A DNA stretch of 64,000 bases, taken from the NCBI GenBank assembly GCA_964057225.1, contig OZ059898.1, positions 6,944,001-7,008,000 on the forward strand, in the 5' to 3' direction. Under the pieces are notes generated by a model. The model had not been told where the DNA came from. It was given only the letters and a program-made list of their open reading frames with translations, and ran no database searches. The first letter of the stretch is position 1. The number at the start of each line of letters is the position of its first letter. This document shows positions 41,964 to 55,778 of the stretch, piece after piece. The stretch is from Auanema rhodensis (taxonomy: Eukaryota; Animalia; Nematoda). The position numbers were made by a program, and so were the translations under genes.

Positions 41964-42541
41964 ATCCGAAACTCAAATTGTTAGAATTTTTTATTGATTT
42001 TGTCGTTGATTTTTCCGTACGGATCATATTATTAATGGCTTTGTTTCATTCCTACTTTATACTGTTATTTTATTTTTTAACTAATTTATTAAATAAATTT
42101 TTAAGACAACATATTTCAATTGTTGTCGCTGTTTTAACAAATGCTTTCATATAATCTATTCGTTTTTTTCGCTTGAAAAAAGCATGAAATGCATTTTGCT
42201 TTTATCAGTAGATCTAAAAATATTACGAGATCAGTGATAAAATACAGGAAATTAATGATAGACCCTCATAAATGCGATATTGGTATGACATCATTGATGT
42301 ATTAATATATTAAAATTGATTAAATTTGGTGGGTGTTCGAACACAATTGATGATTCCATGCTATTATCTACGTGGGAAGGACAAGCTGATTCACTTGTTC
42401 AAACGGAATAAAACGTCATTCATTTTCTGAATATCATAAAATCGTTTGTTGACTTAGGAATAAGGCACGTTTTATCATCCAACATTCGGGTAATGTAATT
42501 TATTTTGATTTTTATATTCAAGCTAAAATTCAGTGTTTACT

Positions 42542-44322
42542 ATGATTGCTATTGAATTCAATAATCCGAATGCTGTTTACTTTCCTGGACAGCAGGTTGC
42601 TGGAACAGTCAAACTTGACTTGAAAAAAAATGTTAAGGTATGTAACATTCTTGATTTTTCTGTATTTACTACAACTGACTTAAGGCTCACTCTGTGTGCA
42701 TCTTTGCTTTGGGGCGAGCTCATACTCATTGGACTGAAACTCAAACATCAACCTGTACAGTGAACGGGTAAAATAATTTTATTGAAAAATAATATAACAC
42801 CTTTTTTTTGTGTTCTAGAAAAACTACTACGGTTACTCGTCATATTACCTATTCTGATACTGTTATATACCTGCAAGCAGAATGTGTACCTTGGTCTAGT
42901 ACTGCTAGTTGTAACAAACTGGAAAAAGGAGTTCATGTTTTCCCATTTTTCTTTATTCTGCCATTCGAATGCGCACCAAGCTTTGAAGGTACTCTTTCTT
43001 TTATAACAAAGAAAAAAGTTTATATTTGTAGGCTGTTATGGATATATTAGATATGAAATAAAAGTCGAAATTGACCGATGCTGGAATTTCAATAAGGCCA
43101 ATCGTCATTTTTTTTCTGGCATGTTTCTGACAAATAAAATTATCATATGTTTTTACATTTTTTAGTAGCTCCTATGCTTGACTTGAACTCAATTCCTTCT
43201 GCTATACTTCCTGTTCAAGATAGTGTAATTGAGAAAACGGGTATGGTGCTATTCCGACATGGCAAAATAGGAATGCAGGTAAGAAGCTTCGAATATTTCT
43301 TTTTTCATCGATTAATTAAAGATTCGTGTTCCAAAAGGAGGGTTTGTTCCTGGTGAATATATTCAAGTTGAGGCGATGATAGATAATGCGAGTAGTCGCC
43401 CAATAGTTCAGGTCAGACATTTGTAATTAAATCCTATATCAGTTAATTACACACATTTACAGAGTGCTTTAAAGCTTGAACAGAAGGCAACATTTTATGC
43501 ATCATCAATGCGTGATTGCGTAGGCTATCAAATAGGAATGCCGATTGATCGTTACAGAAATTATCATAAACGGATTGAAAAGAGATGTGTTATGGAAGCC
43601 AAAAACGTAATTTTTTCGTAAATTAAGAGCTAATTACCAAACTTTTGTTTTAGAGTCATACAATACCTCCAAAATCGAAGCAGTTAGTCATTTTATCACT
43701 ACAAGTTCCACCTACTATTTCAACTCTAACTACCTGTCCGAATATTGATGTACAGTACGTCTTAAAGGTAGTTCAACTATATGATAATCTATTATATCTT
43801 TTTTCTTCAGGTTTGTTTCAGCACCAGTGGATCGGTTAATAATCACATGTCAACTAAAAATGCTATCACTATTGGAACAATACCGCTAACGCAAAATTTA
43901 ATCGTACCTGTTATGCCTTCTGCTCCTTCCCCTGATAATTTACCCTACCCCATTACTTCAAATTACAATCCTACTGTTCCGGGAATATATCCTAGTGCGC
44001 CCCCATCGTATGTTGAGACCGCTGAACCATCGAATGGACCTAATAATTCAGTACCATGCAAGTTTTTCTATATGTTTGCTTTTTAAATTAGCTCATTATA
44101 GATTCTACATTGCCTCCTACTTATGAAGAATCAGTTTTTGGATCTTCCGGAACAACAAAAGATACAGAGGGATCAATAGTACTTGTTTTATTATTATTTA
44201 AGTTATAATCTATTTTTATTTAGGCTTTCACTCCAAGATATCCGTTTTTCCCAAATTTAGGTAATCCTGATCCCAATGCCGCGGCAACTATGCAACATAC
44301 TACATTAGGAAATATTTCATAA
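42542..44322 (+). CDS. Alpha-arrestin (arrestin-domain protein, arrd family)
   Basis: VYFPGQQVAGTV, HVFPFFFILPFECAPSFEG.YGYIRY, PKGGFVPGE, ITIGTIP; C-terminal PY motifs APPSY and LPPTY. Exact start codon is uncertain. Confidence 0.85.
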
Positions 44323-44944
44323 GTCTTTTTATTTGTCTCTTCTTTATTTCGTAATATTTCATATGAATGTAATTATGCTTCAAGGCTTTAATATTTAAAA
44401 AAATTTTTTTGAAATAATAATACTAAATTGTAAATATTTGTTAAGACGTTGTACACAATTCACTTAAGCATACGTATAATATTCACCTCAATATTAATAA
44501 ATAATCTCAAATACCTTTGATTTCATTTTCATAATTTATAATGTAACCCTGCCGTTCTTAATAAATATTAATTTAGATTTTATAAATATACCTATTTCCA
44601 CAATTGTTCAGATTTTGTTTCATAAGAATGCTTACGTATATATTTGTATTCTTGATACGAGCATGAATTCTCCGATAGGAATTCAAACAGACTAGTAAAA
44701 ACGTCAGATTACGGTTTTAACGCTTGGGCATGCATCAAGTTTTATTTATCGGAAGTGGCAATTTGATCAACACTTTTCATCGATAATAAAATATTAATAC
44801 CTCGTGACAAAGAACAAACAGAACAGACATGAAACTTTCGAATAATAACAAGATATACCAGCAAAAGAAACGTTATCACAAGAAAAAGGAACTCGAATTA
44901 GATCAAATCAATCTAAACCGAGAACAGAAAAAAAACAAAAAACG

Positions 44945-47900
44945 TTAAACAATTTGTCTCGTTACTTTGTCAATGTGAGCTGGACTTAATGGAAGATCGA
45001 ATGATAAGTTCCCCAATAGTTTTTGAGCTTCAAAAATCTCCAAGGATATGTTCTGGGCGGCAAATCTGAAAGTGAACAATAATTATTGGTATAGTCTTAG
45101 TGAGACTACCGTTGTATCGGGCTATGAAAAACTGGAGCCTTGAGACGCGACTCAATAGAATTGACCAAAGACAACACTACTTGATCCTGAAGAACACAAG
45201 ATATTTTTTATTACTCTAATTTTGAAACCTCGTCCTCGTAGCCATTAAGGGATTTGAACTCGGCATAATCAACATATAACTGCCCATTTTGCCCCCAAGA
45301 CTGAAATTTGAACAATTATTTTTTATTCATGAATTTTAGAACAAACCTGTATATAATCCGTATGAGGAGTGAATTTTTTCACAAATTCGCATAACCTAGC
45401 GATATCACCTAGTGCAACAGCATGTGGTGCTACTTCTTCGACGAAAAGCTTGTGTGCCGTTTGATAATCCCCTGCCTCAAGAGCAAACTCACAAGCCTTT
45501 TCAATATTTTGCGAGGCCTATAAGAACAAAAATCAATGAGTTGCAAAATTATCGAAACCATCTTACATAAGCAGCAATAAACTTCGCTTCAAATATCCAC
45601 TGCTTGGGTATATATAGTCCTTTGCTCATTTTGTCATAATGATTTGAAGATGCATGAGGTGCGACACGTTCCAGGCATTCTCTCATAGACGATGCACGAC
45701 TAATTAAGATATATAGATGCGTTGGTAAACTGTAGATTACATACCATTGATTATTGCTGATATGACTCAGAACAAATAAGGCAAGATTAGGCAATCCACT
45801 TGCAATCAATTGTTCGGAATAAGATACATGAAGCCGCTGTTCTGACTCAGGAGGCATCGTATTATATCCTGCCGATCGAAGAACAGACCATAAATGCCAG
45901 CTATAACATAATTGGTTTATGGAAGCAGATAAAGAGTTTTACCTAAGGTGGAAGTCTAAAGGACTATCACAGATCATATCAGCGGCATCTAGGACTGCTT
46001 CTATTCTATGAGTTTGATCGCAAGAAAGAGCGAAAATCTTTAAAATCTTTAAAATGTTTAGTATCACAAACAATAACTCACATGGTAGAACAAAATATCG
46101 TCAATTCTATTAGGTGACGAAACGACTTTCAAGCCTTTTAAGAGGGCTTCTTCTAAACTGAGACTGCCACGCAACCACCACACATGTAAGCCAATGGCTT
46201 GCTTCCATGTAATTCCATCCAGACAGTTAACATTTTCAATACGACCATTCACTTTTCTTTGAATCGACGATTTTCCAGCAAGAACCAGATATATTTTTAA
46301 CAATGGAACATCAACAAATCCGAGTGAGCCAGTGGATTCCCAGAAGTTAACCTAGATCAAATGGTTAAAATAATAATAAAATAAAAATAAAATATAAATA
46401 AAATAAAACAGATAAATGAAAACCTGTTCTTCAAAATAAATTTGGGTAGACGATGGATCTATTTGGAAAATAGATAGATAAGAGGCTAAATGATTTAGAT
46501 TCTCATTTATAGCACATTCAATAGCTTTCTCAATTTGGCCTTCGCATAATGCTATCCAAACAGTCGCTCCTGTATTTAAGCACTATATATCATTAGGGCA
46601 ATAACGGTAATACCTCTTCCAATATCATTTTGATTCCGTTTTTCCTTTGAAACCTCCTCACTAAGCCATATTGAAACGTCTTCAATTTTATCGAATTCGT
46701 CTTTCAACCCACGATTTTGTGGGAAGAGAGCTTTGCAAAGTTTCCAAACACGGGTATCATCCACGAATCCACCTTAACTATGGGTAAACATTCAAAATAG
46801 ATAGTATACTATACTTTGTTTGGAAGTTGCTAAAAAAGAGTCAATAAGTTCAGCATGGTCAGCGGTAGGCTTAATGCGTGGAGAGACTTCTTGCCCATCA
46901 AGCTCGTAATGACGCACCTGAAATTCTATTCTAAGTTTATGGAAACAAATAATATTACCTTAGCTGATATGGAGCGATTACGTTTAATAAGTTGCGATAA
47001 TCTCATATTATGTTCTAACATATCCGAAATATAATTTTGGCTTCCTTCAGTAGACCAGTTCAAAGACTTCACATAAACGCTATTGCATTGTGGTTGCAAG
47101 CTCACTACATATCGGCCACCTGATAAAAGAAAATATGTTCAATACTTAACATGATTTGATTTCTACCTGCCCCCCAGCCTACACGGCAAACGCTTGAATG
47201 GGTAGCAGCAAGATCAATAGTTGTACTAGCATCAGTTCGAGTAGAAGTTTTTGCCTAAAATGGATAAGTTAAATAAGGAGAAAAGAATTTATGTCTCACA
47301 AGAACACCTCCACCGAATTCTCTGGTTGGAGCAACAGTTTTAGGAATATTTTTCACTGGGTAACCAACAGAAGGGCTCAGAACTTCCATAAGCTTTTTTG
47401 TTTCTTCATATAAACCCTCAACATCTTCAATTTTATATTTTTTTTCAGGGGGAGCCTAAATCAAAGTAAAAAAACCGACTAACGGGTAGACAAGCAAACC
47501 TCCTCATCGTCGTCTTCTTCTTCATATACATCCATCGTTTCATTATCATCCAATGATGGAAGCGTAAATGTCTGGTTACCAACTCCACCCAGACCCAATA
47601 CTTTCTAAATTTAACATTTATTATTCAATCCAACATTGAACAAAACCTTAGATTTTTTGGGTATTCTTGTAAAATATTGGTTTTCTTCATCTTCAAGCTC
47701 CATGACAGACTGAAGAAAAAAATTGTATTTGTTTATAAATAGTTCGTTTTAGCACAAAACACAGGACAAGTTTATTCATGGCAAGCATTATGAATAGTAA
47801 GAACATCCGAAAATTGATAAAACAATAGAGCACGAAATTAATCTCACTCATCTAAGGCGCACCTCGTTCGAATCCTTAGCCTGGTCAAGTTGAAGGCCTG

Positions 47901-50900
47901 TCCTCTGAACTTTGGCTTGAAGATTGCGTTCAGTTAAAACGGGATCTCTACCAGAGGGTGCATCAGCGACAACATCTCCTCCTTCGTTATCCTGAATAAA
48001 CTTAATATTAAAAACTTTTAAATATAAAACTTACAGGCAAACCATATTTACTGAAATGTTCCACTTTAAATACCCAGCTCCCACTAGCAGGACGATAATC
48101 TTTGAAAATAGCTCCCATCTTGGCAGTTACACGCTCAAGACGGTCTCTCCATCCAATGTCAGCAAGAATAAGAGGATCCTAAGCATAACAACGTAGTGAT
48201 AAACATATCATTCTTACTATACCCTTATTTCCTCTTTGGTTTCTCTATCAACATGCCAAACTCTTTCTAATGTTACTTCTGCTTCTTTATTAAGTTCTTC
48301 GCCAAGCAATGGTTTCTTGGAATCATCTGGATAGACAGTAACTTCTTTATGTCGGAAAACAACAATCTGAATACAAAACGTAGTTCTCAATAAATATAAA
48401 CAAACAAACCTCATCAAGAGCAATATTGGACAGCTCCACGCGTCCTGGCCAGAACACACTACCATATGAAGCTCTTCCAATAGTCAATCCATTTGATATT
48501 ATGACCTTACCATTAACAACCTTCAAAATATATGTTAAGAATAGCATCACCCGTCTATCAAACCATATTAGACATTTCTTTAATGGTGGGTTCACAGTAA
48601 TAATCTGGACAATTAAGAGACACGCCGGCAGCAGAAACATTTTTTGAAGGAGACACAATGTGGTTCGGAGCAACTGCAGGTTGAGTATTAGAATCACTCT
48701 GACACCCTTGAGAAGCAGCCTAAAAAGATAAATTATATGAACATGGAGATACTACTCGCACCAAAGAAGTTTCATCTAATGATGACTGGTCAAGTACAAG
48801 ACGTGGTGGTTCATGGCGAAGAGCTTCTTCACGCTGGAGCGCAGCATCTCTTGGATTAGATGAAGGACTAAGCGAATTAAATAACAAGTGCAGTGATTTG
48901 TGACAATACCTAGCAATTTCAACAGGCCCTTCTTCATAAGTTGGAAGTTCATCAGGATCAGTAGTCCTATTTTTAGGAGATCCAGCTAAAGCACTTTTTC
49001 GGATGGAGTTCAGATCCAAATATTTAATGTTCGATTTCTTACGACTACCAGGAATATTGTTATCATTGGAAGATAGAGCCTTCTCCACAGCAACGTCAAC
49101 ATCAGAGACTCTGAAGAAGAAAGATAATGACATCATAATAGAGACTACATACTTGCTCCTTGAAATATTTAGACTAGATTCATTAAGAGAGACGTTTCCA
49201 TTGCCCTTGTCTCTGAGACCGTTTCCTAGAGTTGGTGGTTTACGGGTTGATTTATAATTCAGATCTTGACCACTTGGAACGTTTGATCGCCGGAGCTGAA
49301 ATTAAAATACCATAAAAATTAAATTAATGCAATATACCTTTGATCCCGCAACAGGAGCTTGCCCAGATAAAAATGAAGTCTTTAAACTTGAAGTATTGGC
49401 AGTTGAATTCAGAGAAGTATTCGCAGCACTGGTATTTAAAGGTGATCCAACTCCGTTTGTTTTAGTTGCCAAAAATCTCATTTGACGATTTACGCTTAAC
49501 CAGGTATATTTTGTTTTTTTACTAGTTTCTATACAAACTTTATAGGATTAGGCTTATCATCAGTATCCTCTCTAGTCATCTTTAACAATGGTGAATTGCC
49601 ATAAGGACTGGCAGCAAGTTGGGCATTAATCATTGCCATTTTCACTTGGGTTTCATTAACGTCTGATCCCAAAACAATTACTGGAGCAGACACAGATACA
49701 GTGGCAGGATTTTGCACAACAGCCGCTTAATACGATATTATTCACAATTTTAATTAATATAACTACCTGTATTTTGAGTATTAGTGGCACCGAACAACCC
49801 TCCAGTAGCTTGAGCAGGTTGTGTGGCACCGAAAAGACCTCCTGTTTGAGCCGGCTGGGCAGCGTTTCCGAATAGAGAACCAGCTTAAAAGAAAACCAGA
49901 AAAGTTCTAACTTCAAAAATCGAACTCACAAGTGTTTGTTGTTGTTGTAGCACCGAATAGCCCCCCTGGCTTTGCAGCAGTATTAGTGGCACCGAAAAGA
50001 CCACCTCCCGTATTTGTTGAAGCACCTGAATAAAATTCGTAATTTTTTACTGATACAGAATGTGACACCGAAAGCATTATTAGCAGGTTGGTTGCCACCG
50101 AAACTGAAGCCAGTATTGGTAGTAGTCGCGGGCTTGGCTCCAAACAGCGAAGTTGATGCAGTATTACTATTAGCTGTGTTTGTTGAACCAAATAATCCTC
50201 CTCCTGTATTACTAGTCTGTCCGAATGTACCGGTCTGAAGAAAACAAGCAAATATCATACATAATAAAAAAAATTACATTGGAGCTGCCAAATAAGCCTC
50301 CACCAGTATTTGTTTGACTTGTATTTTGCCCGAATGAAGTATTTCCAAAAGAAGATTGTTGTTGATTATTATTAGCTCCAAATGTCTTCAATTAAAGATA
50401 TGAAATATCTCTACGAACAGAAAACCAAACGTTTGTTGTAGTAGCGCCAAAACCAGAAGTGTTGAAACTTGTACTTTGTTGTGTTGAACCAAATAACCCA
50501 GTAGAAGCTGGCTTTGCACCAAAAAGTGAAGAACCCTAAATATGAAAAAATAAATTTGGAATTAAAAAATTAGTTACCGTATTGTTATTGTTATTATTTG
50601 TAGCACCACTGAACAAAGAGCCACTCTGAGCGTTGGTAGATCCGAAAGTATTTGTGTTGGCTGAATAAGAAAATATTTTACTTTCAAAAAATATATTTTA
50701 CTGGACGATCCAAACAATGATGGTTTCTGCTGAGTATTACTACTACCACCAAATAAAGATGAACCTGTGTTAGATGTATTATTGCTAAACAAACCACCAG
50801 ACGTTGAAGGAGTTTTGCGATTAGCAATATAATCATCAACTCTTAGCTCCTACATAACAAATTAATAAAAACATAACGATACTATGTAAAGACCTCTAAA

Positions 50901-51548
50901 CTTTTTCCTTCATACTCTTTCATAGCAGTAATACAGTAATGCTTAGTTTGAATATTCTGAACATTTCCTCCTTTGTTCATAGTGTCCATTGCTACTGGAG
51001 GATTGAACTTAATTGTGGTACCATTAGGCGCGTTTGTGTTTGAAGCTGAAAATAGGAAGGATTAGATAAGCATACTATAATACAAACCTCCAAAGAGACC
51101 ACCAGTGGTATTAGATGAAGCTGAACCGAATAGGCCAGTGGAAGATGTGTTAGTACCACCGAATGTATTAGAAGGGGCGGAGGAGCCTCCAAACATAGAT
51201 GTTTTATTCTGTCCAAAAAGTGATGATCCGGTGTTAGCATTCTGTTGTGTGCCACCTTAAAATGTCATAAGCTTACGTTATTTTATTTCTCCTTACTACC
51301 AAATATGCTTCCTGTGTTCGACTGTGTCGAGGGTGAACCAAATAAATTAGTTGTGGACTTTTGTCCGAATAAAGATGTTCCTGTATTAGAAGATTGTCCG
51401 AATAAAGAGCCCGCAGGTTTTGCCTGATTTCCAAATAAAGAAGACCCTAGCATATAAATATTTATTTACAAGTTGTACACCCGTCATAATTACCTGGGGA
51501 TCCAAATGAAGAGCTACTACCGAAAGCTGGTTTGTTATTACCAAACAT
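44945..51548 (-). CDS. npp-10: Nup98-Nup96 nucleoporin precursor
   Basis: FG/GLFG repeats; GLEBS motif (GTTIKF...[21 protein letters not shown]); autoproteolytic domain ending [13 protein letters not shown] (cleavage between 48053 and 48052); Nup96 domain ([11 protein letters not shown]). Confidence 0.93.
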
Positions 51549-52361
51549 GGCTTATACTAGTAGTAGTTGAAACACTACTATCTATAAATATGTACTTATT
51601 TAATTATAATCATATATTTATATATCTCTTATATTAAAATCAGTTAAGAGATTATAACATATTTAGTATAACTAATGGATGGAAAAGTTTTAAAATAATA
51701 TTGTTGAAACTAATATTTTCGAATTAGTAAAACAGCGCGCTAATCGCAATGGAGCGCATTTTTCGACAATAGGTGATATATTTAAATGAAAATACGTTTA
51801 AAAGTTAAGATTTAATAATAACCGTAATATATCATTGTTTTAATTGCAAAAGAGATAATTTCAAAAAGAATTTATTTACTTATTACTTATCCATACAAGA
51901 GATTTGTAAAATCCGAGTAAGTTTTGCACAGTATTGCTATTTAATGGTGATTAACCACAATTGCAAACTGGTATAGATATTTTTTCTTTGAAAACAGTCA
52001 TGTTAGAAACTTAAGCTTTCATATTTATACGGAATCTTTGAATGCCGATTTATTTGTTAATTACGCTATGGCTCTGAATAATTAACTGTAGAATTTCTTA
52101 ATCAGTAGAGAAAACTGTTTTAAAATTACACTTAGTAGTTTATTGTTTAAGTACCCAAATAAAGATTGAAATATTCGATTCAGCATTCTTATGTTTTAGG
52201 TTAACATCACTTCCCTTTATATCGGTAAAATTCACAACATAATAAGGCTTTATGAATAAACAACAACGCAATTTATAACGTGAATGAATCTCAAACCCTA
52301 AACAAGAACATCCCCTCAACGGCACATTTTAATTGCAAACATTTAACAAATGATAATAAAT

Positions 52362-55300
52362 TTATTCGGCTTTAGTTTCAAACTTAGCATAGTTTGAAGT
52401 AGCATCTGCCCATTGTTTACGCCCAGAGACAAGATCAGACACAAGATGACCAACTTCAGTCAACTAAAATGAGAAAATATAGCTATTTACAAAATTTGAA
52501 ACCAACATTCAAACGGATTTGTTCCATAGTTTCGGCATAACGTAATGTAACAGTGCAAGGTTGCTTTTCGGATTCAAAATCAACAGTAACACCAAATGGG
52601 ATTCCAATCTCATCTGTGCGAGCATATCGTCTTCCAATAGATCCAGAGCTGTCATCCTAGAGTTCAGTTATTAAAAAAAGAAAAGAAGATCATATGTTAC
52701 CACGCGGTAGCTTAAGTCGTATTTTGCTAGCTCTTCTCGTACTGCTTCGATAATAGGTGCAAGCTTGTCGTTAGATGAAATAGGCAATACAGAGCACTTG
52801 ATGGGAGCAACCAAAGGTTTGAATGCCAGGAAAGTTCTTTGTTCATCACCATCGCGTTGACGGAAAGAATGTTCCAAAACAGAATACATAATTCTTCCTA
52901 TACCAAAAGATGGCTCTATTACAGATGGGGTAATTTCTTCTACATGAACCTAAGATTTAAATTCTGATTATTAAAATATATTAAGTAATTAACTCGTTTC
53001 TCGTATCTTTTAACATTGATCATTTCTGGTTTTAATTCAAAGTTATCAGAATCAATGTTCAGATTAAACAACCTAAAACAAAAGGCATAATATTGTTATT
53101 AATGTTAGAGCATACGCTTTAGTATTGAGTTCGGTTTCAAGAGCTAAAACTTCTTCTCCTGAGAGAGCAGCAAGCTTATTTTGGATCTAAAACAATTAAT
53201 TACAAAAAAATAATAATAAGCTTACTCTTTTGGCATCCTTCTTATAAGATTTACCCAAAACAGCCATGTTTGGTTGAGCTTCAACCATATTAACGTTACG
53301 AGGCTCAGAAAGTTTTTTTTCAGCAACCATCTAAGTAAATAAAATTTACTCACTAAATACCTTATTATATACCTTAACATTCGTAGCTTTGTAGTGTTGA
53401 AGAAGATCATAGCAAGCGCGATCAGCATGGCCAACACATTCAATCCAACCATAACTAGTGAGAATTTCAGCATCCCAGCAATCCTTTATGATTATTCATA
53501 AGCAAATTTTCATGTTATAGGTATACCTGAGCATAGTGGGCCATTTCATTTGAAAGATGTTGACGGAAACGAAGTCTGCGAGGATCAACACCGACTTTAA
53601 CCAAGAACATATGAGTACGAGCCATATAATAACCCAAAGTCTCGTTATTCACGATTTTCTAAAAGTCAATGAAAATACGAAAACATTTGAAGTTGTAAAC
53701 CTTCGAAACAGCTTCACCAATCTTCATTTCATAAGCTGGTTTTCCATCCATTTGATTACAAGCTGAGAATAGCATAAGTGGGATATCAGCCACCTAAAAA
53801 AAATCGCAAATTCAACTGTAAACAAATATGGTAGAGTACCTTCTTGAATTTTGATAATTGCTTGTCTTCTGGATCAACAAAATGCTCGATTTCACACATA
53901 GTGAATTCACGAACACGGATTAATCCTTGTCTTGGAGAAATTTCATTGCGGAATCCCATACCAATTTGAGCAGCAGCAAACGGAAGTTTTCCCTAATGGA
54001 ATAATTTTTTAGAGTTTAAAAGTGACTTAGTACCTGGTTAAACTCTAGTAATCTTTTAAAATTAACAAAAATTCCTTGAGCAGTTTCAGGTCTAAGGAAA
54101 GCCTGAATATATAATTTTAGAAAGTTCGTGAATCCTATTAAAAACCTTGAAATCTCCAGTAGGTCCGATTTGAGTTGGGAACATTAGATTGAAAGCAATA
54201 GGCTCAGTTAAATCATTGCCAGTAGTAGGACTTTTGAAGTTGAATTTGGTAATAACCTGATATACATTCTATTAAAACAAATCAGAAAATATCTCACTTC
54301 GTGCATATCCTTGTCATCGAATCCTTCCAAGCGAGCTAAAACGTCTTGAACAGAAGACTTAGTTTCCTCCGAAACTTTTTTATCCTAGAAAGTTTATAAA
54401 TGTTGATCACATATTGAACATTTAAAATACTGCTAGAAGTTTTTCACAGCTGTTTTTGATTAAGTGATCAGCTCTGAAACATTCTCCAGTCTTGGGATCT
54501 TTGACCATAAAATCAGCAAAACGATCAACATGCCCAGAGGTTCTAAACAATTATTAAGGTATTAAACGAAAAAAGGAAACTAACTTTAGAACAGTTTCAG
54601 GAGTAAGAGAAGTACAATCTACCTCAAGCATACCCTCTTCAAGAATAAAATGTTTTCTCCATTCCTGTAGCATGTTGGATTTAAGTGCACAACCCATGGG
54701 TCCAAAATCGTATCTTAAACATTAGAATTTAAGAAAAAAAATGGAAAATCAACATACAGTCCAGTAACACCTCCATAGATTGCAAATGATTGATCATAGA
54801 AAAACCGTCTCTTAAGAAGATCCTCCAATTTCAAACGATCAAATGATGCTTCTTTAGGAGCAAGGGCGATTTCCTTAACATTTAATATGCAAATTGAAAC
54901 CTAACCGTAATACTTACAGTTTCTTCTAAAAGCTTCTTTCTAGCTTTGAGTTCGATAACGGCTTTGTCCACATCAATCTTAGGAGCGCCTTTACCCTAAA
55001 AATAACTAAAACCTAAAAAACATAAATATATGATTTTTACCTTGAGATCTCTCACAATATCTCCGTACTCTTTAACAGCAGCACGAAGAGGAGCAAGTTT
55101 CTAAATATAAAACAAAATCACACTAGTTACGAAAGCAATATAAACTTACGGCTTCAATTTCTGGTGTAGCCATTTGTCTAAGATAATCTGATATCTTATG
55201 TTTAGTTTGCTTGGTGAATTTAGATACTAAAGGTTTGGTTCTACCAACTTTTCGTGAATTTGCGACTACTTCAGCCTTAAATAAAACCGCTGGAATATTA

Positions 55301-55778
55301 CGGTATAAGAAACATTAAAGCTCCAAACGATATTCATCACCTTAGCATCATATTGCATCATTTCAAACGAAACAATTAATAAGATTTTGAAACTATTGAG
55401 AAATCATGAAAATGAAAAAAAAAAATCATGACTACTCTAACCCAATATTACGAGAACATTGAAACGTTACTTAATTTGAAAAATGAACTAACTTAAATAG
55501 AAAAAACTCGAATCTGCTGTAAACAGCGGTTGCGTTAAACGGTAAGTGCATTTTAAACTATTTATGTGCAGCACATAATCAGAAAAATTATTCAGCATTT
55601 ATGCTATATAATCAAACACACGTTAAGTTTGAAATTTCTGACGAAAGAAAAAACTTATTACACGCGTTCAATCGATAGGAAATGAACGGCCTCCACCCGT
55701 ACGAACCTTATAAAACTGCTGAGCGAATTTACGATATGCTACGATATGCGAATTCCTTTTGAAAAGAATTGATAGCAT
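52362..55778 (-). CDS. gars-1: Glycyl-tRNA synthetase; cytosolic form starts at ATG 55173, predicted mitochondrial form at ATG 55778
   Basis: WHEP domain [22 protein letters not shown]; [14 protein letters not shown]; LRPETAQG; [17 protein letters not shown]; IEPSFGIGR; [13 protein letters not shown]. Confidence 0.95.

Noticed and set aside
47865-47878. GTTCGAATCC, a tRNA T-loop/B-box-like sequence
   Set aside because: It lies antisense within an npp-10 coding exon, and no cloverleaf or A-box surrounds it.
55276-55360. MMQYDAK as the start of the mitochondrial gars-1 form
   Set aside because: It is not presequence-like; the exon at 55707-55778 fits much better.
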